The notes under the pieces were generated by a model. It was not told the DNA's origin. It saw only the letters and a list, made by a program, of their open reading frames with translations, and did no database searches. From contig NC_083414.1 of NCBI RefSeq assembly GCF_020745735.1, positions 42,972,013 to 43,036,012 on the forward strand: a stretch of 64,000 nucleotides of DNA, given 5' to 3'. This document shows positions 52,612 to 64,000 of this stretch, in pieces; the stretch's first letter is position 1; each line of letters starts with the position of its first letter. A program made the translations under genes and the position numbers. This DNA comes from Hemiscyllium ocellatum (taxonomy: Eukaryota).

Positions 52612-53085
52612 GCTGCTAAACCAAAGGTCTATTTGCTCTCTCAGGTGGATATAAAATATACTGTGGCACTCCTTTATACAAGAATGGGAGAATTCTCCCA
52701 TGTGTCCGGGCCAAATATTTTTTTTATCAATCAATATCACTTAAAAATTGAGTATCTAGTCATTATGACATTGCTATTTGTGCAGAGATTGGTTCTTGCA
52801 TCTCCTACAATAGCTTCTGGGGGTCGGTTGACGGGATGGTTGGTTCAACTGCAAATTAATGCCAATAGCATGGGTTCAATTCCTGCACCGGCTGAGGTCA
52901 CAATTAAATACTTCGCTTCACAACCTCTCGAACAACCGCTGTATTGTACTCTAAGTCTATGGTCCAGTAGGACTGTGGTGACTTTACCATTTCCAACAGC
53001 AACTATCCTCTAATAGCACTTAATTGGCAGCAAAGCAATTTGAATGTCCCAAAGTTATGAAAGACAATATACAAATCCAAGAAAA
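52612..53085 (+). mobile_element. DeuSINE-type (SacSINE1-like) remnant with a second SINE-like insert at ~52812-52990
   Basis: CTCTCAGGTGGAT..AAA...TGGCACT...TCATTATGACATTGCTATTTGTG Deu-like core; box-B-like GGTTCAATTCC in the insert. Confidence 0.6.
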
Positions 53086-53654
53086 CCTTTTTTCACTATG
53101 TTACTGATGTCAAAGAGAGACCTTTGACAAGAGTGCTAGCAACACTTGGAACTAAGCTCTGACATCTGCCTATTGGAAATTCTAAGAACTTTAGCACATA
53201 GTAAGGCCCTATTGTCAAGTATCTTCATGGCTGTTCAGAACATTTTGCTTATAAATAAAAGTTCTTTGGAATCCTAGCAGCTGTTTTAAATGCATTCCAT
53301 TCCTTTTCAAATAGGTTTATAATATAAAATCAAAATCTATTACCCAACAGCAAAATGTTCAGCAATTTGGAAGAAAGCGATATGGGTGGGTTGGGGCTTA
53401 ACAGCCAATAGACACTCATGTCGAGGTGTAAGTAAATGCTGCTTCCCACCTTCACTTGAAATTGGAAAGTTTTATTAATTTTGTTTCCAATTCCCATCCT
53501 GCTTTCACCTTCACCTGTCAATCTCTGACTCCTTCCTTGACAACTCTTACTTCCATTTCAAAGGGATAGATTAGCCATCGATATACACTACAAATTCACC
53601 AACTCCCATATACCGGAACTATATAGATTCGCACCCTTCTTCCTGCTGATAATT

Positions 53655-54175
53655 CTAGTCTCCCTGCTATGGGAAGAATGTTGTGAAACTTAAATGGATT
53701 CAGAAAAGATTTACAAGGTTGCTGCCAGGGTTGGAGGTTTGGAGTTATAAGGAGAAGCTGAATAAGCTGGGCCTATTTTCCTTGGGACATCGGAACTGCG
53801 GGGTGACCTTATTAGAGGGTTATAAAATCATGAGAGACATAGATAGGATGAATAGACAAGGTCTTTTCCCTGAGGTGAGGGAGTCCAAAACTAGGGAGCA
53901 TAAGTTTGAGGTGAGAAGAGAAAGTTTTAAAAGCGACCTATGGAACAACTTTTTCAGACAGAGGGTGGTGCATGTATGGAATGAGCTGCAGAGCAAGTGA
54001 TGCAGGCTGGTACAATTACAGCATTTAAAAGGCATTTGGATGGATATATGAATAGGAAGGGTTTAGAGGGATATGGGTCAAATGCCGGCAAATGGGATTA
54101 AATTTATGCAGGATATCAGGTCGGCATGGACGAGTTGGACCAAAGGGTCTGTTTCCATGCTGTCTATCTCTATAA
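53655..54175 (+). mobile_element. CR1 LINE 3' end
   Basis: IQKRFTRLLPGL...FFRQRVVHVWNEL; CR1 3' UTR. Confidence 0.9.
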
Positions 54176-54179
54176 CTTC

Positions 54180-54495
54180 ACCTTCCACAGGGGCCTCAGA
54201 GATGTCCAACTTTTTCTGAACCAATGACTCCCCACTACCATGGTTGGCAGGGCCCTTAGCTGTGTCCAACCCATTTCCTGCACTTCTGCCCTCCTCTTTT
54301 CTTTCTCATAACAGCGAAGGATCTCCTGGTCTTCACTTCCCACTCCACAACATCCAAAGGATCATCAGCTGCCATTTCCGTCAGCTCCAGCAGGTTGCCA
54401 GCACTTGACACAGGATCCCCTCCCATCACTTGTCAGCATTCTGCAGGGACCATTCCCTGCAGGACACCATGATCCATTCCTCCTCCACACCTCCA
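54180..54495 (+). mobile_element. PLE RT C-terminal remnant
   Basis: IQRIISCHFRQLQQ, LSAFCRDHSLQDT. Confidence 0.7.
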
Positions 54496-54692
54496 CGGCA
54501 GGTACCTGAGTATGGCACATATAAAGGATGGGAAAAAATGTTCCAATTTTAAACCTTATACAATGTGTATCTATAAATATCTAAACACGGGGCAGAATGT
54601 GCAATGTCGGAACCAACCTCTCTGAAACACAAGAGACGGCCATTCTAATCACACATAAAGAGAATTACCTTCATGTCAGAAACTTCCAAGCA

Positions 54693-55207
54693 CAGATAGT
54701 TCTGCTATAACACCATTGTTGTGTTCCAGCAAAACTTTGCTTAATGGAAATAATGGGGCCTATGGGGAAAGTGGGGTTGGAGCAGACCAGCAAAAAATAT
54801 TACTCATGATCGCTCAAAACTCACCCAAAAGTCTAACGCAAACTATAGCACAGCCTGAACGAAGGTTCAAATCATATTTATTAACGAAACAAAAGTAAAT
54901 TTAACACGACACAGTCAAAAAATGTAAGAAAGCTACTCTCTGGACAGTAGCTCTCATGGAAAGCTGCTCTGTCAGCAGCTGACATTGGCATGGACGCAGA
55001 ACAGCATGAAGACCGGTGCAGACATTGCACATGCACAGATGGCCCGGATGTTTTGGCACACACATCGGCACGGGCACAGAACAAAGCATGCAAACTGATC
55101 CCTCCTGCCAATGGAGGTAAGCCTTCTCCAAAATACCATTCTCTAATTCTTCAGTGTTGTTATGGCCAAATCATGCTGCCGAATGCACATCATCCTGGAA
55201 CTACCTG
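54693..55207. mobile_element. Non-autonomous Tc1/mariner (Tigger/pogo-like) DNA transposon
   Basis: Termini CAGATAGTTC... / ...GAACTACCTG (9/10 inverted match), followed by TA on the right. Confidence 0.6.
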
Positions 55208-57325
55208 TACAGCATGCTGAACTTTATATCAATAACATAAAACAATCAAAAAGATTTGTTTCATTATTCTTATAATGCAAAAAGGGAGACAGAACAATAC
55301 TTTCTCTATTATTTAACAAATCTATTTCTGACATAACCTCGGAGCCTTTCTTTTGAGAGGTCTCCTGATGTAGCTCTTTCATGCTGACGTAAGAGGTACT
55401 GTAATCACTTCCAGTGCAATGCTAAGGATTATCCATCGGGTAACCAATATACTGATCATTAAAACAATCATCACTGTGGAAACCAGATGAACACACTGTT
55501 TCATTTATTCAAACACCAAACATACTTGGATAAAAAAAATCTCCTTTTTCTTCATTGTAATTAGGAAAGATTATGGTTGGAAGGTAATCAGCTTAAACAG
55601 ACCTTTTCAAAATACATCAGCAACAAAGTTAATCATACAATAAGAACAATATGAAACAAATGGTTTGGTGATTGAAGGAGTTGTTTTCAAAATAAAGTCA
55701 AGTTAAAGTGAACCCAAGCCCTCAAAAAACTAGACACAACTGTGCTACAATTTACTTGGCATTCCTGGACTATCAAAAAAAAATCTATGAAGCTCATTCA
55801 CTGTCCAGTAAATGATATTAGACAGTTTGTGTCTCTCAATATTTAGTTGGGGCAGAAAGAGCTTTAAATGTGACACAACCTCCCAAATCCCCTTCCTCTC
55901 AGAAATGGCCCCAAACAATCTAATGACATTCACTGCCTCAGCTAACACAGAACAAATGGGAAAATTGTCCAGGTTACTTTGGTCACATCTTGGCCATGTT
56001 AAAATTAAAACAATAGTTTATCCTTGCACTGCACAGATGAATGCCAACTTTGTCTCTTTCAGAGGAAATCAATATTTATGAATATACATGACTTTTTTTT
56101 AGGAATTCCCACATCAGCTAATATATAGTGGATCTGTATTCCATTCTATTCTGTTGCCTGTACTTGATTGAATTGAGTGCACCTTAAACAAGAACACGTT
56201 TCTTGAAACTAATTTTTACAATTATCTCCAGCTAACAATATTTAATCAGATGGAATTATTTTGTATTAAATCGTGATCAGATTGCTTGGCAGATTCTGCA
56301 AGGTAATACATTTCAAACAGAAAGACAGCAAACCCATATTAATTCCTCAGGTTAGTTGCCTTGAGTGTATTAAATGTCGCATAATGAGGGTTTGAAATCG
56401 CACAGAAGAAAGGCTGTCTACCACTGTTTTGTTCAAAGCCACTAGCTACCGTCATCATATTTTCTTCAACAATGTCAAACCACAAATTCTCAAACTTATC
56501 AAATTCAATTCCAAATATGCCACGCTGGGTTCTGAGCTCACCATTTCAGATTTTGACCTGTACCAGAACCCCCAGATTAATGAAAGGTTATGAGGTTTTT
56601 TTAAAAATTCACTTTATTTAAATGTGAGCAGAGCCAAAAATTATTTTTTAATCCCTCATGATAACAAACACCAGTGGATTTATTTTACACAACTCCATTA
56701 ACACAGAAAGTTATACTTTGCGTATATATAAAATCCAACAACAATGGATAGAGAACAATGGCTACCAGTGAGGAGCAGGAAATGGGGAATGGAAGCTCCA
56801 TACAACCACATCACAGGAAACATCTTTAACAGGCATTTATATGTTTAAATTCTGGGTTTGTGAAAATAAATTAGGAAGTTTTTAACAAAAGGCAATCTGG
56901 CAAAGAGGAGACAAAATTCGGTAGTAACTATACATATGCTAGTTTGCAAGGGGAATTCAAGTTTGAATTGGTCTAACAGCATCTGGGAAAAGAGAAAAAA
57001 ATGTCAGAGTTTCTAGATGACAGGGCAAAATCTGTTTAAAATCTATTCTATGTTGCACGGTGGTAGTGTCATACAACATAATTGAAGTTACCCTCAATGT
57101 GAAGAACATCTTCACAAAGACTATGCAGTGGTTATTCCTACCAATACTGTCATGTACTGATACATATGTGGCGTAAATTGATGAGGATGAAGTTAAGTAG
57201 AATTTTCCATTAGTTCCTTCATCACTTGCTGCAGGACCATCCTTTAGGACTCACCCTGCTCTGTCGGCCATGGTGCAACTGAGCTATTCTTGGTTACAGA
57301 CAAATGAAGTTGCCCTGTCTAGGTG

Positions 57326-57495
57326 ATAGATTAGAGTGATGCTGGAAAAGCAGCATCCGAGGAACAGGAAAATCGATGTTTCGGGCAAAAGCCCTTAATC
57401 AGGGATGCTCCTTGGATGCTGCCTGACCTGCTGTGCTTTTCCATTACCATTCTAATCTTGACTCTGATCTCCAGCATCTGCAGTCCTCACTTTCG
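57326..57495. mobile_element. PLE fold-back mini-insertion (second family) inside an old LINE remnant (~57040-57850)
   Basis: Inverted repeat halves, mutated hammerhead; flanks CCTGTCTAGGTG / CCTCTCTAGGTG. Confidence 0.8.
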
Positions 57496-58130
57496 CCTCT
57501 CTAGGTGGTTACCAACAAGTTTCCTTGCACAATGTTTCACCCAGATGCCATAAACTTTCAGTGGGGGAGTGGGCACTGCGGGCAGGGGAGCGGGGCAGAG
57601 TGGAGTCACTGTTTATTACTCCCGGAGCATCTCCTTCACAACCGCCAGATGGGTTGTCCTGCTGGTGGGACAGCAGTACCCAGGGATGGCAATAATAGAA
57701 TCTCTGATCCTTCCTGTGATCATAATGATGTTGGGCTGCTGATTGACTGGTCTGTGGGACAGCTCTCCCAATTTTGTCACAACTCCCCTGAATTGTAGAG
57801 TTGACAGAACAAGTTTGCTTGTGCCATTTGTATAGTCTGCCTGGTGTTATTTCTTTTCGTTAAGGAATGAGCAAAACGTCAAATAAAAATGCATGTGAAG
57901 CAACATTAAAATCAATCAAATCTTTGAAGAATGAATGGCCTGAAAAATCTTAGCTAAAGGCATTTCTTCAGTATTTGCAATCATCATTCCTGCTGAAACA
58001 CATGCCATTTACAACAATCCCAAACAAGATAGTTGAAACAAAAATTCTTTCTCAAATCTAACAGATAACTTAACAGGATTTTTATGAACTGCTGCAATTT
58101 AAAGTGATGAATTATTATTTAAGAATCATT

Positions 58131-59055
58131 TAGAGTCATAGAGATGTACAGCATAGAAACAGACCCTTTGGTCCAAATTGTCCGTGCCAAACAGATATCC
58201 CAACCTAATCTAGTCCCACCTGCCAGCACCTGGCCCATATCCCTCCAAACCCTTCCTATTCATATACCCATCCAAATGCCCTTTGAATGTTGTGATTGTA
58301 CCAGCCGCCACCACATCCTCTGGCAGCTCATTCCATACACATACCAACCGTTGCGTGAAAATGTTGCCCCTTAGGTCTCTTTTATATCTTTCCCCTCTCA
58401 TCCTAAACCTATGCCCTCTAGTTCTGGACTCCCTGACCCTAGGGAAAATACTTTGTCTATTTATCCTATGATTTTATAAACCTCTATAAGGTCACCCCTC
58501 AGCCTCCCGACGTTCCAGGGAAAACAGCCCCAGCCTATTCAACCTCTCCTTATAGTCAAATCCTGCCAATATCCTTGAAATCTTTTCTGAACCCTTTCAC
58601 GTTTCACAACATCCTTCCAAGAAGAAGGCCAGAACTGCACGCAATATTTCAAAAGGGGCCTAACCAATGTCCTGTACAGCCGCAACATAACCTCCCAACT
58701 CCTGTACTCAATACTCTGACCAATAAAGGAAAGCATACCAAATGCCTTCTTCACTATCCTATCTACCTGCAACTCCACCTTCAAGGAGCTATGAACCTGC
58801 ACTCCAAGGTCTCTTTGTTCAGCAACATTCCCTAGGACCTTGCCACGAAGTTTATAAATCCTGCTAAGATCTGCTTTCCCAAAATGCAGCATCTCACAGT
58901 TATCTAAATTAAACTCTATTTGAAACTCCTCAACCCATTGGTCCATCTGGTCAAGATCCTGTTGTAATCTGAGGTAACCTGTTTTTGCTGTCCACTACAC
59001 CTCCAATTTTGGTGTCATCTACAACTTATAAGCTGTACCTCTTGTGCTCACATTT
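58131..59055 (-). mobile_element. CR1 LINE, 5'-truncated
   Basis: ORFs 58539-58946 and 58210-58401; TAGAGTCATAGAG tail. Confidence 0.92.
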
Positions 59056-60871
59056 CATTTCTGAAGAAGAATTCTGTCATTTAAAAACTACATTTACAAC
59101 ATCTTCCATGCTGTCATTTAGCCTAATTTAATTCTTATTTTTTTTTAGGATTTGTTTAAAATGATTTAACAGTCAGCATAACTGTTTATTACTGATAACA
59201 TATTTCCATGTGATATGCTACTATAACTACTTCATGGGGAAATAAAAAGCTTCCTCTATTCAATATTAAGAAGAAATCACAACATATTTATTAATCTCAA
59301 GTTAACTATTTTTCTACAAAGAATACACAGAAGGTAAGTTTCAATTTCCATCAGGTTTGGTAAGTAAAGCGAGAATATTGGAACATTGCACATCAGCAGG
59401 CTGCAGATGTACTGTTAGCACCAGTGAATGTACATCGACTTGTGCTCACAGGTTTTCAAGGTGAAAGTTTGCCTGAGAGCAGGAACATTTCAACTGCACA
59501 GAAGGGGAAGCTTGGTTTAATTTAGTCTGTTCAAATAACATGTCCACTGCAGGTTGTTAGTCCACTGCATCTAAGACTTAAGGAATCTAGTTTGGATCTT
59601 GCAGTCTAAAACCCTAAACAAGTCTTTCAATAGCAATAGGATAGGAGAAGAACTGAATTTTGTCCCTTTTAACAATACTCAGCAATGAAAAAGAATGATG
59701 AGCAGATCCAAGGCAACCCTTACATTCCAAAGAAGTCCTACCGTACTGAAAGCTCCAAGCCAATCATCCTGTCACCTGGCACACAATGATGAGAAACTCT
59801 GCACAGTGCACTAACTTGAGCTTCATTATCTGTGTAATTTAACTGTTGGAATGAACTTGGTCACATCATAGAAGGAAGTCTATTTCGATGCTTGTGAGGT
59901 GGAGATGGCCTGAACTAAATAGAGGGGAAAAACCCAAATAATAAAGGAACTGATGAATTATGGGAATGCATAGTAGCTTCATCAATATGTACAGCAAAAG
60001 ATAACAGATGGAGACTTATCAATTGAACTGGGGACTCTGACAAAGTATTATACTTGTTTTTTCACATATATTTCGAGCATTTTCTCTAGTTTTTGTTCAA
60101 GTTTTTCAGTCTGTGCAGCTCTTTTTTCTACTTATTAAACCAAATATTTTTATTATTGTTTATGTAGCAAAAATATTCAAAGGTCCTTTTCATGTAGTTA
60201 GTGATTTGGATCTGGAATGCACTGCCTGAGGGTGTGGTGGAGGCAGCTACAATCATGGCATTCTAAAGAGAATTGAATAATTATCCACAGGGAGAAAGAA
60301 ATGCATGGCTAATCAGAAAAAGCAGGGAACTGTAACTAGGTGAACTGCTCTTCTGTACTGTAACCATTCTTGAAGTATTAATATTACTCTCTGTAAAAAA
60401 TCACAAAACCTGTTTGAAACTGAATCTGGCTTTTTGAAATAAATTATATTTCTAACAGTGACAGTGGGGATTGTAACCATCTGCCTTTTAGTGCAAAGAT
60501 AAACTGCATCGTTTTCCATTCAAGCACCACCGGGTGTCTTCATTCTCAGGATCAAGGACTCTTGGGTTGCAAGTTCATACCCATTAAGTCTATGGTTAGC
60601 TGGAAGCTCTATCTGTTCAGTACTTAGCAGCTTCCAGTGCTAGTATTTGAGCCTGAGGTCTCAAGTCAAGAAAGAAAACATGTATGGGTGACTACACGTG
60701 GGGGGTGGGGAGGGGAGAGGGGTTAGTGGCAGCCAAGGCAGGATAGCTCTCAGCTTGGAGGAAGACTGATACCTTGTAGAGTTATGATACTTGAGGAGAT
60801 TAGAGAGAGAGAGGTGAGGAGGAGGAAGAATGGGAAGGGAATTGAAAACAAAGATGAGAATTAAACCAGTT

Positions 60872-60948
60872 AAAAAATCACACAACACCAGGTTATTGTG
60901 TGATTTTTAACTTTGTACACTCCAGTCCAACACTGGCATCTCCAAATC
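60872..60948. mobile_element. 77-bp PLE fold-back micro-insertion
   Basis: Perfect 13-bp TSD AATTAAACCAGTT (60859-60871, 60949-60961). Confidence 0.88.
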
Positions 60949-61061
60949 AATTAAACCAGTTCCAGTCAACAAGAGCAAGGCTAGATTAGGACTTGTTCCA
61001 GGTTAAAACAAACACGGTTGAGCTTTGGATGACCTCAAGATTACTAGTCATGGAAATAGTT

Positions 61062-61241
61062 AAAAAACACACAACACCATGTTACAGTCCAACAGGTTTA
61101 ATTGGAAGCATGCTAGCTTTCGGAGCGACGTTCCTTCATCAGATGATTGACAATAGTGTGCTTCCAATTAAACCTGCTGGACTATAACCTGGTGTTGTGT
61201 GATTTTTAACTTTGTACACCGCAGTCCAACATCGGCATCGC
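61062..61241. mobile_element. PLE fold-back mini-insertion with hammerhead core on - (~61110-61145)
   Basis: TSD CTAGTCATGGAA(A)TAGTT (61044-61061, 61242-61258). Confidence 0.88.
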
Positions 61242-61747
61242 CTAGTCATGGAATAGTTGAGAAACAGAAGATAGAAAGTGCTGGAGAAGCTCAACAGATT
61301 TTGCAGCATCTTTGGAGACAAAAACAAAGTTAATGTTTCGAGTCCAGTAAGCCTTTGCCAGACTGAAAGCAATTAGGAAAGATTAATGCTGATGACAGTG
61401 CATTGGAGGTTGCAAACAGATGAGGGTGGTGCCCAGACAGAAAGAGAAAAGGGGAAGCAGGAAATGGGATTGCAGACTGTAGTAAATGCCAAATAGGTGA
61501 CAGTCGAAAACATGACGAGCTGAAAATGGGATAGTTACACTGGGAGTAACCTATACAAAACAGGACCTAGGGGCGTAGAGGTGAGTAACAAACATGGAGG
61601 ATGGTAAAAACCAAAAGAAGTGCGGATGCTGTAAATCAGAAATAAAAACAGAAATAGCTGAAAAAGCTCTGGCAACATCACTGGAGAAAAATCAAGTGAC
61701 CCTTCCTCAGAACTGGAGGAAAGTCTACTCACTCTGAAGCTTTTAAA

Positions 61748-62450
61748 ATATTCACTTCCGTGGCTCCAATCTCATTTTCATTCTTTCATATGTTCCTGAT
61801 GTTAGATCTGTCAATCAAGGACAAAGTGCCTTTGAACAACGATTTACCCGAGAAGACCACAACATTTATACGAGGGATTGGTTTGTCTATCTGTATGGTG
61901 ACCCTTGTCCACTGCTAGCTTATACCAGCGTGACTGCGTGGTTGCCTGAATAAATGCCTTCTTCATCACCAAAACCACCATGAGGGAGGGCAGAAGATTC
62001 CAACTGTGGTCAAATTCTAATACCTAAGCTGTACAGAAATAATTGCTGCAGATTCCAATTGATCAGGTGAGTAAAGGGCAGCACAGTGGCTCAGTGGTTA
62101 GCACTGCTGCCTTACAGCACCAGGGACCCAGGTTCAATTCCAGCCTCGGTTGACTGTCTGTGTGGAATTGCACATTCTCCCCGTGTCTGTGTGGGTTTCC
62201 TCCCACAATCCAAAGATGTGCAGGTCAGGTGAATTGGCCATGCTAAATTGCCCATAGTGTTAGATGCATTAGTCAGAGGGAAATAGGTCTGGGTGGGTTA
62301 CTCTTCAGAGGGACTCTTGGTGTGGACTTGTTGGGGCGAAGGGCCTGTTTCCACACTGTAGGGAATCTAATTTAATATGTGTGAAATAAACCTGCCAAGG
62401 GCTGGGATACTAACAATGTGAATTATTGTTTACTGTCCTTCTGCAAATCC
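61748..62450. repeat. Local duplication copy 1 (interrupted by a SINE)
   Basis: Colinear with 63164-63565. Confidence 0.9.
62075..62372 (+). mobile_element. HE1-type SINE (older subfamily)
   Basis: A/B boxes, core, CR1-like tail. Confidence 0.88.
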
Positions 62451-62451
62451 A

Positions 62452-62670
62452 TCTCTCACGTTGTGTCCTGAAGGCTATGATGTGTTGTTCCTCCAATCTA
62501 AAGCGAGCCTTGCTAGAGCACTGCAGCAAGCCTGAGACAGAAACACTGGCAAGGGAACATAGTTGTGTGACAAAGTGGCAAGCAACTGGAAGCACGGGGT
62601 CATTTTTACAGACAGAGGAGAGATATCCAGCAAAGCCAGTCACAGTGTTTCATCTCCCCAGTGTGGAGGC
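62452..62670 (-). mobile_element. PLE GIY-YIG remnant
   Basis: LPVACHF...GLLQCSSKARFRLEEQHII. Confidence 0.7.
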
Positions 62671-62689
62671 GAACACGTTTAATTTATTA

Positions 62690-62910
62690 TTCTAGTGGAG
62701 TATAACAAGGGCATGAATGAAAGTTTCAGAAGCATATGATCTGAGAAAAGTGTGAAGTCAGTGAATATTATGGAGATAGAAATGTTTGGACTTAGTAACA
62801 GTATAATGAAGAAGTCAGAAGCTCACATTCAGATCACATGTTACACCAAAGTTACAGACTGTGTAGTTTAATGTCAGATAGCTGTCCAGAGAGTGTGGTG
62901 GAGGTAAATA
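62690..62910 (-). mobile_element. L2 remnant
   Basis: Similar to ~14020-14230. Confidence 0.5.
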
Positions 62911-63163
62911 ATGAATATCTATCACAGAGTATATTCCACATTCTAATCAACCGTGTAACCACCTATTTATTTGTTCAAAGAAATTCTTAACCTGATGTCA
63001 GCAGCACAAAGAAATTAATCTTTCTCCACTTACTTCTTCAAATCCTTTCAAAATGTCAATCGTGTATTGATTGAAAACTTGAGGCTTCGTACTTCAAATG
63101 GTTTTCCAGCCAATCATTGTAACACCATTCTGTCATCTCTATTATCAGTGTCTTTCCATTACA

Positions 63164-63565
63164 ATATTCACTTCCGTGCTTCCAAAATCCTTTTCGTTCT
63201 TTTATCCCTTCCTGATGCTAGATCTCTCAATCAAGGTCAAAGTGCCTTTGAACAATGATTTGCCCGAGGAGACCACAACATTCACACGAGGGATTGGTTT
63301 GTCAAGCTATCTGTATGGTGACCCTTGGCCACTGCCGGCTTACACCAGGGTGGCTGATTGGGTGCCTGATTAAATGCCTCTTTCACCATCAAAGCCACCA
63401 TGGGGGAAGGCAGAAGATTCTAACTGTGATCAAATAGGCAAGCTGTTCAGAACAAATAGCTGCAGATTCCATTTTATCAGTTGAGCAATCTATGTGAAAC
63501 AAATCTGCCAAGGAGGGAGGCTAACAATGTGAATTATTGTTCACTGTCCTGCTGCATGATCCATT
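63164..63565. repeat. Local duplication copy 2
   Basis: Colinear with 61748-62074 plus 62373-62450. Confidence 0.9.
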
Positions 63566-64000
63566 TTCAATATTCTGTCCTTCAGGTTGCTTTTGCTTAG
63601 GTTAGTGACAAGAACATTTTATTTGATCTGGTAATTCAAGCTCACTGCTCCAAGTCTGTGATCTACATTCCACTCCGAAGCTGCTAATAAAAATCACATC
63701 CAGCCCTGAACAAAGGAATTTTCACAGGAAAACAAAGCAGTTGCAGAATATTTATAAAAATAATCAGAAGAGTACTAAAATTCCATTTTGTGTCAAACTT
63801 AAATCACACCAATGACTTGGTTTTTAACAGCAAATAAAATATTTCCTGTGAAACTACATTAAAAACAGGTAGTACAGCTGGTCAACATATGCAAAACCAG
63901 CAGATGAGAAACAATTGGATGATTCAACAAGTTACAATATATCACTCATAAATTCTGGTTCATGTTCTACAGATTAAATAAATAATTCTCATATGTGTAG

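Noticed and set aside
51566-53013. 150-aa ORFs at 51566 and 52561
   Set aside because: No domain recognised; the second overlaps SINE remnants
63220-63340. H/ACA snoRNA call for the duplicated segment
   Set aside because: H-box-like ACAACA is present, but there is no ACA box after the second hairpin in either copy

Overview
Vertebrate genomic DNA, very likely a shark/elasmobranch (HE1-type tRNA-derived SINEs with (TCTAA)n tails, abundant CR1 LINEs), with one 170-N assembly gap. It is intronic or intergenic and dominated by transposable elements: many CR1 copies, L2, Rex1/Babar, a Tx1-like L1, a decayed Gypsy pol carrying nested insertions, DeuSINE and HE1 SINEs, a Tigger-like MITE and numerous Penelope-like element (PLE) pieces. 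I could not identify a host protein-coding gene; two weak minus-strand exon candidates are noted. The most interesting structures are not explained by the ORF track. (1) A ~4.1-kb internally deleted endogenous retrovirus (LTR-PBS(Ser)-leader repeats-IN/env remnants-PPT-LTR) is nested inside a PLE fold-back. (2) Three sequence families of minimal hammerhead ribozyme motifs occur in PLE terminal repeats. (3) A series of very short, TSD-flanked fold-back PLE insertions shows junction microhomology. (4) An unexplained ~400-bp diverged tandem duplication has hairpin potential. Boundaries of old repeats are approximate and were read by eye.
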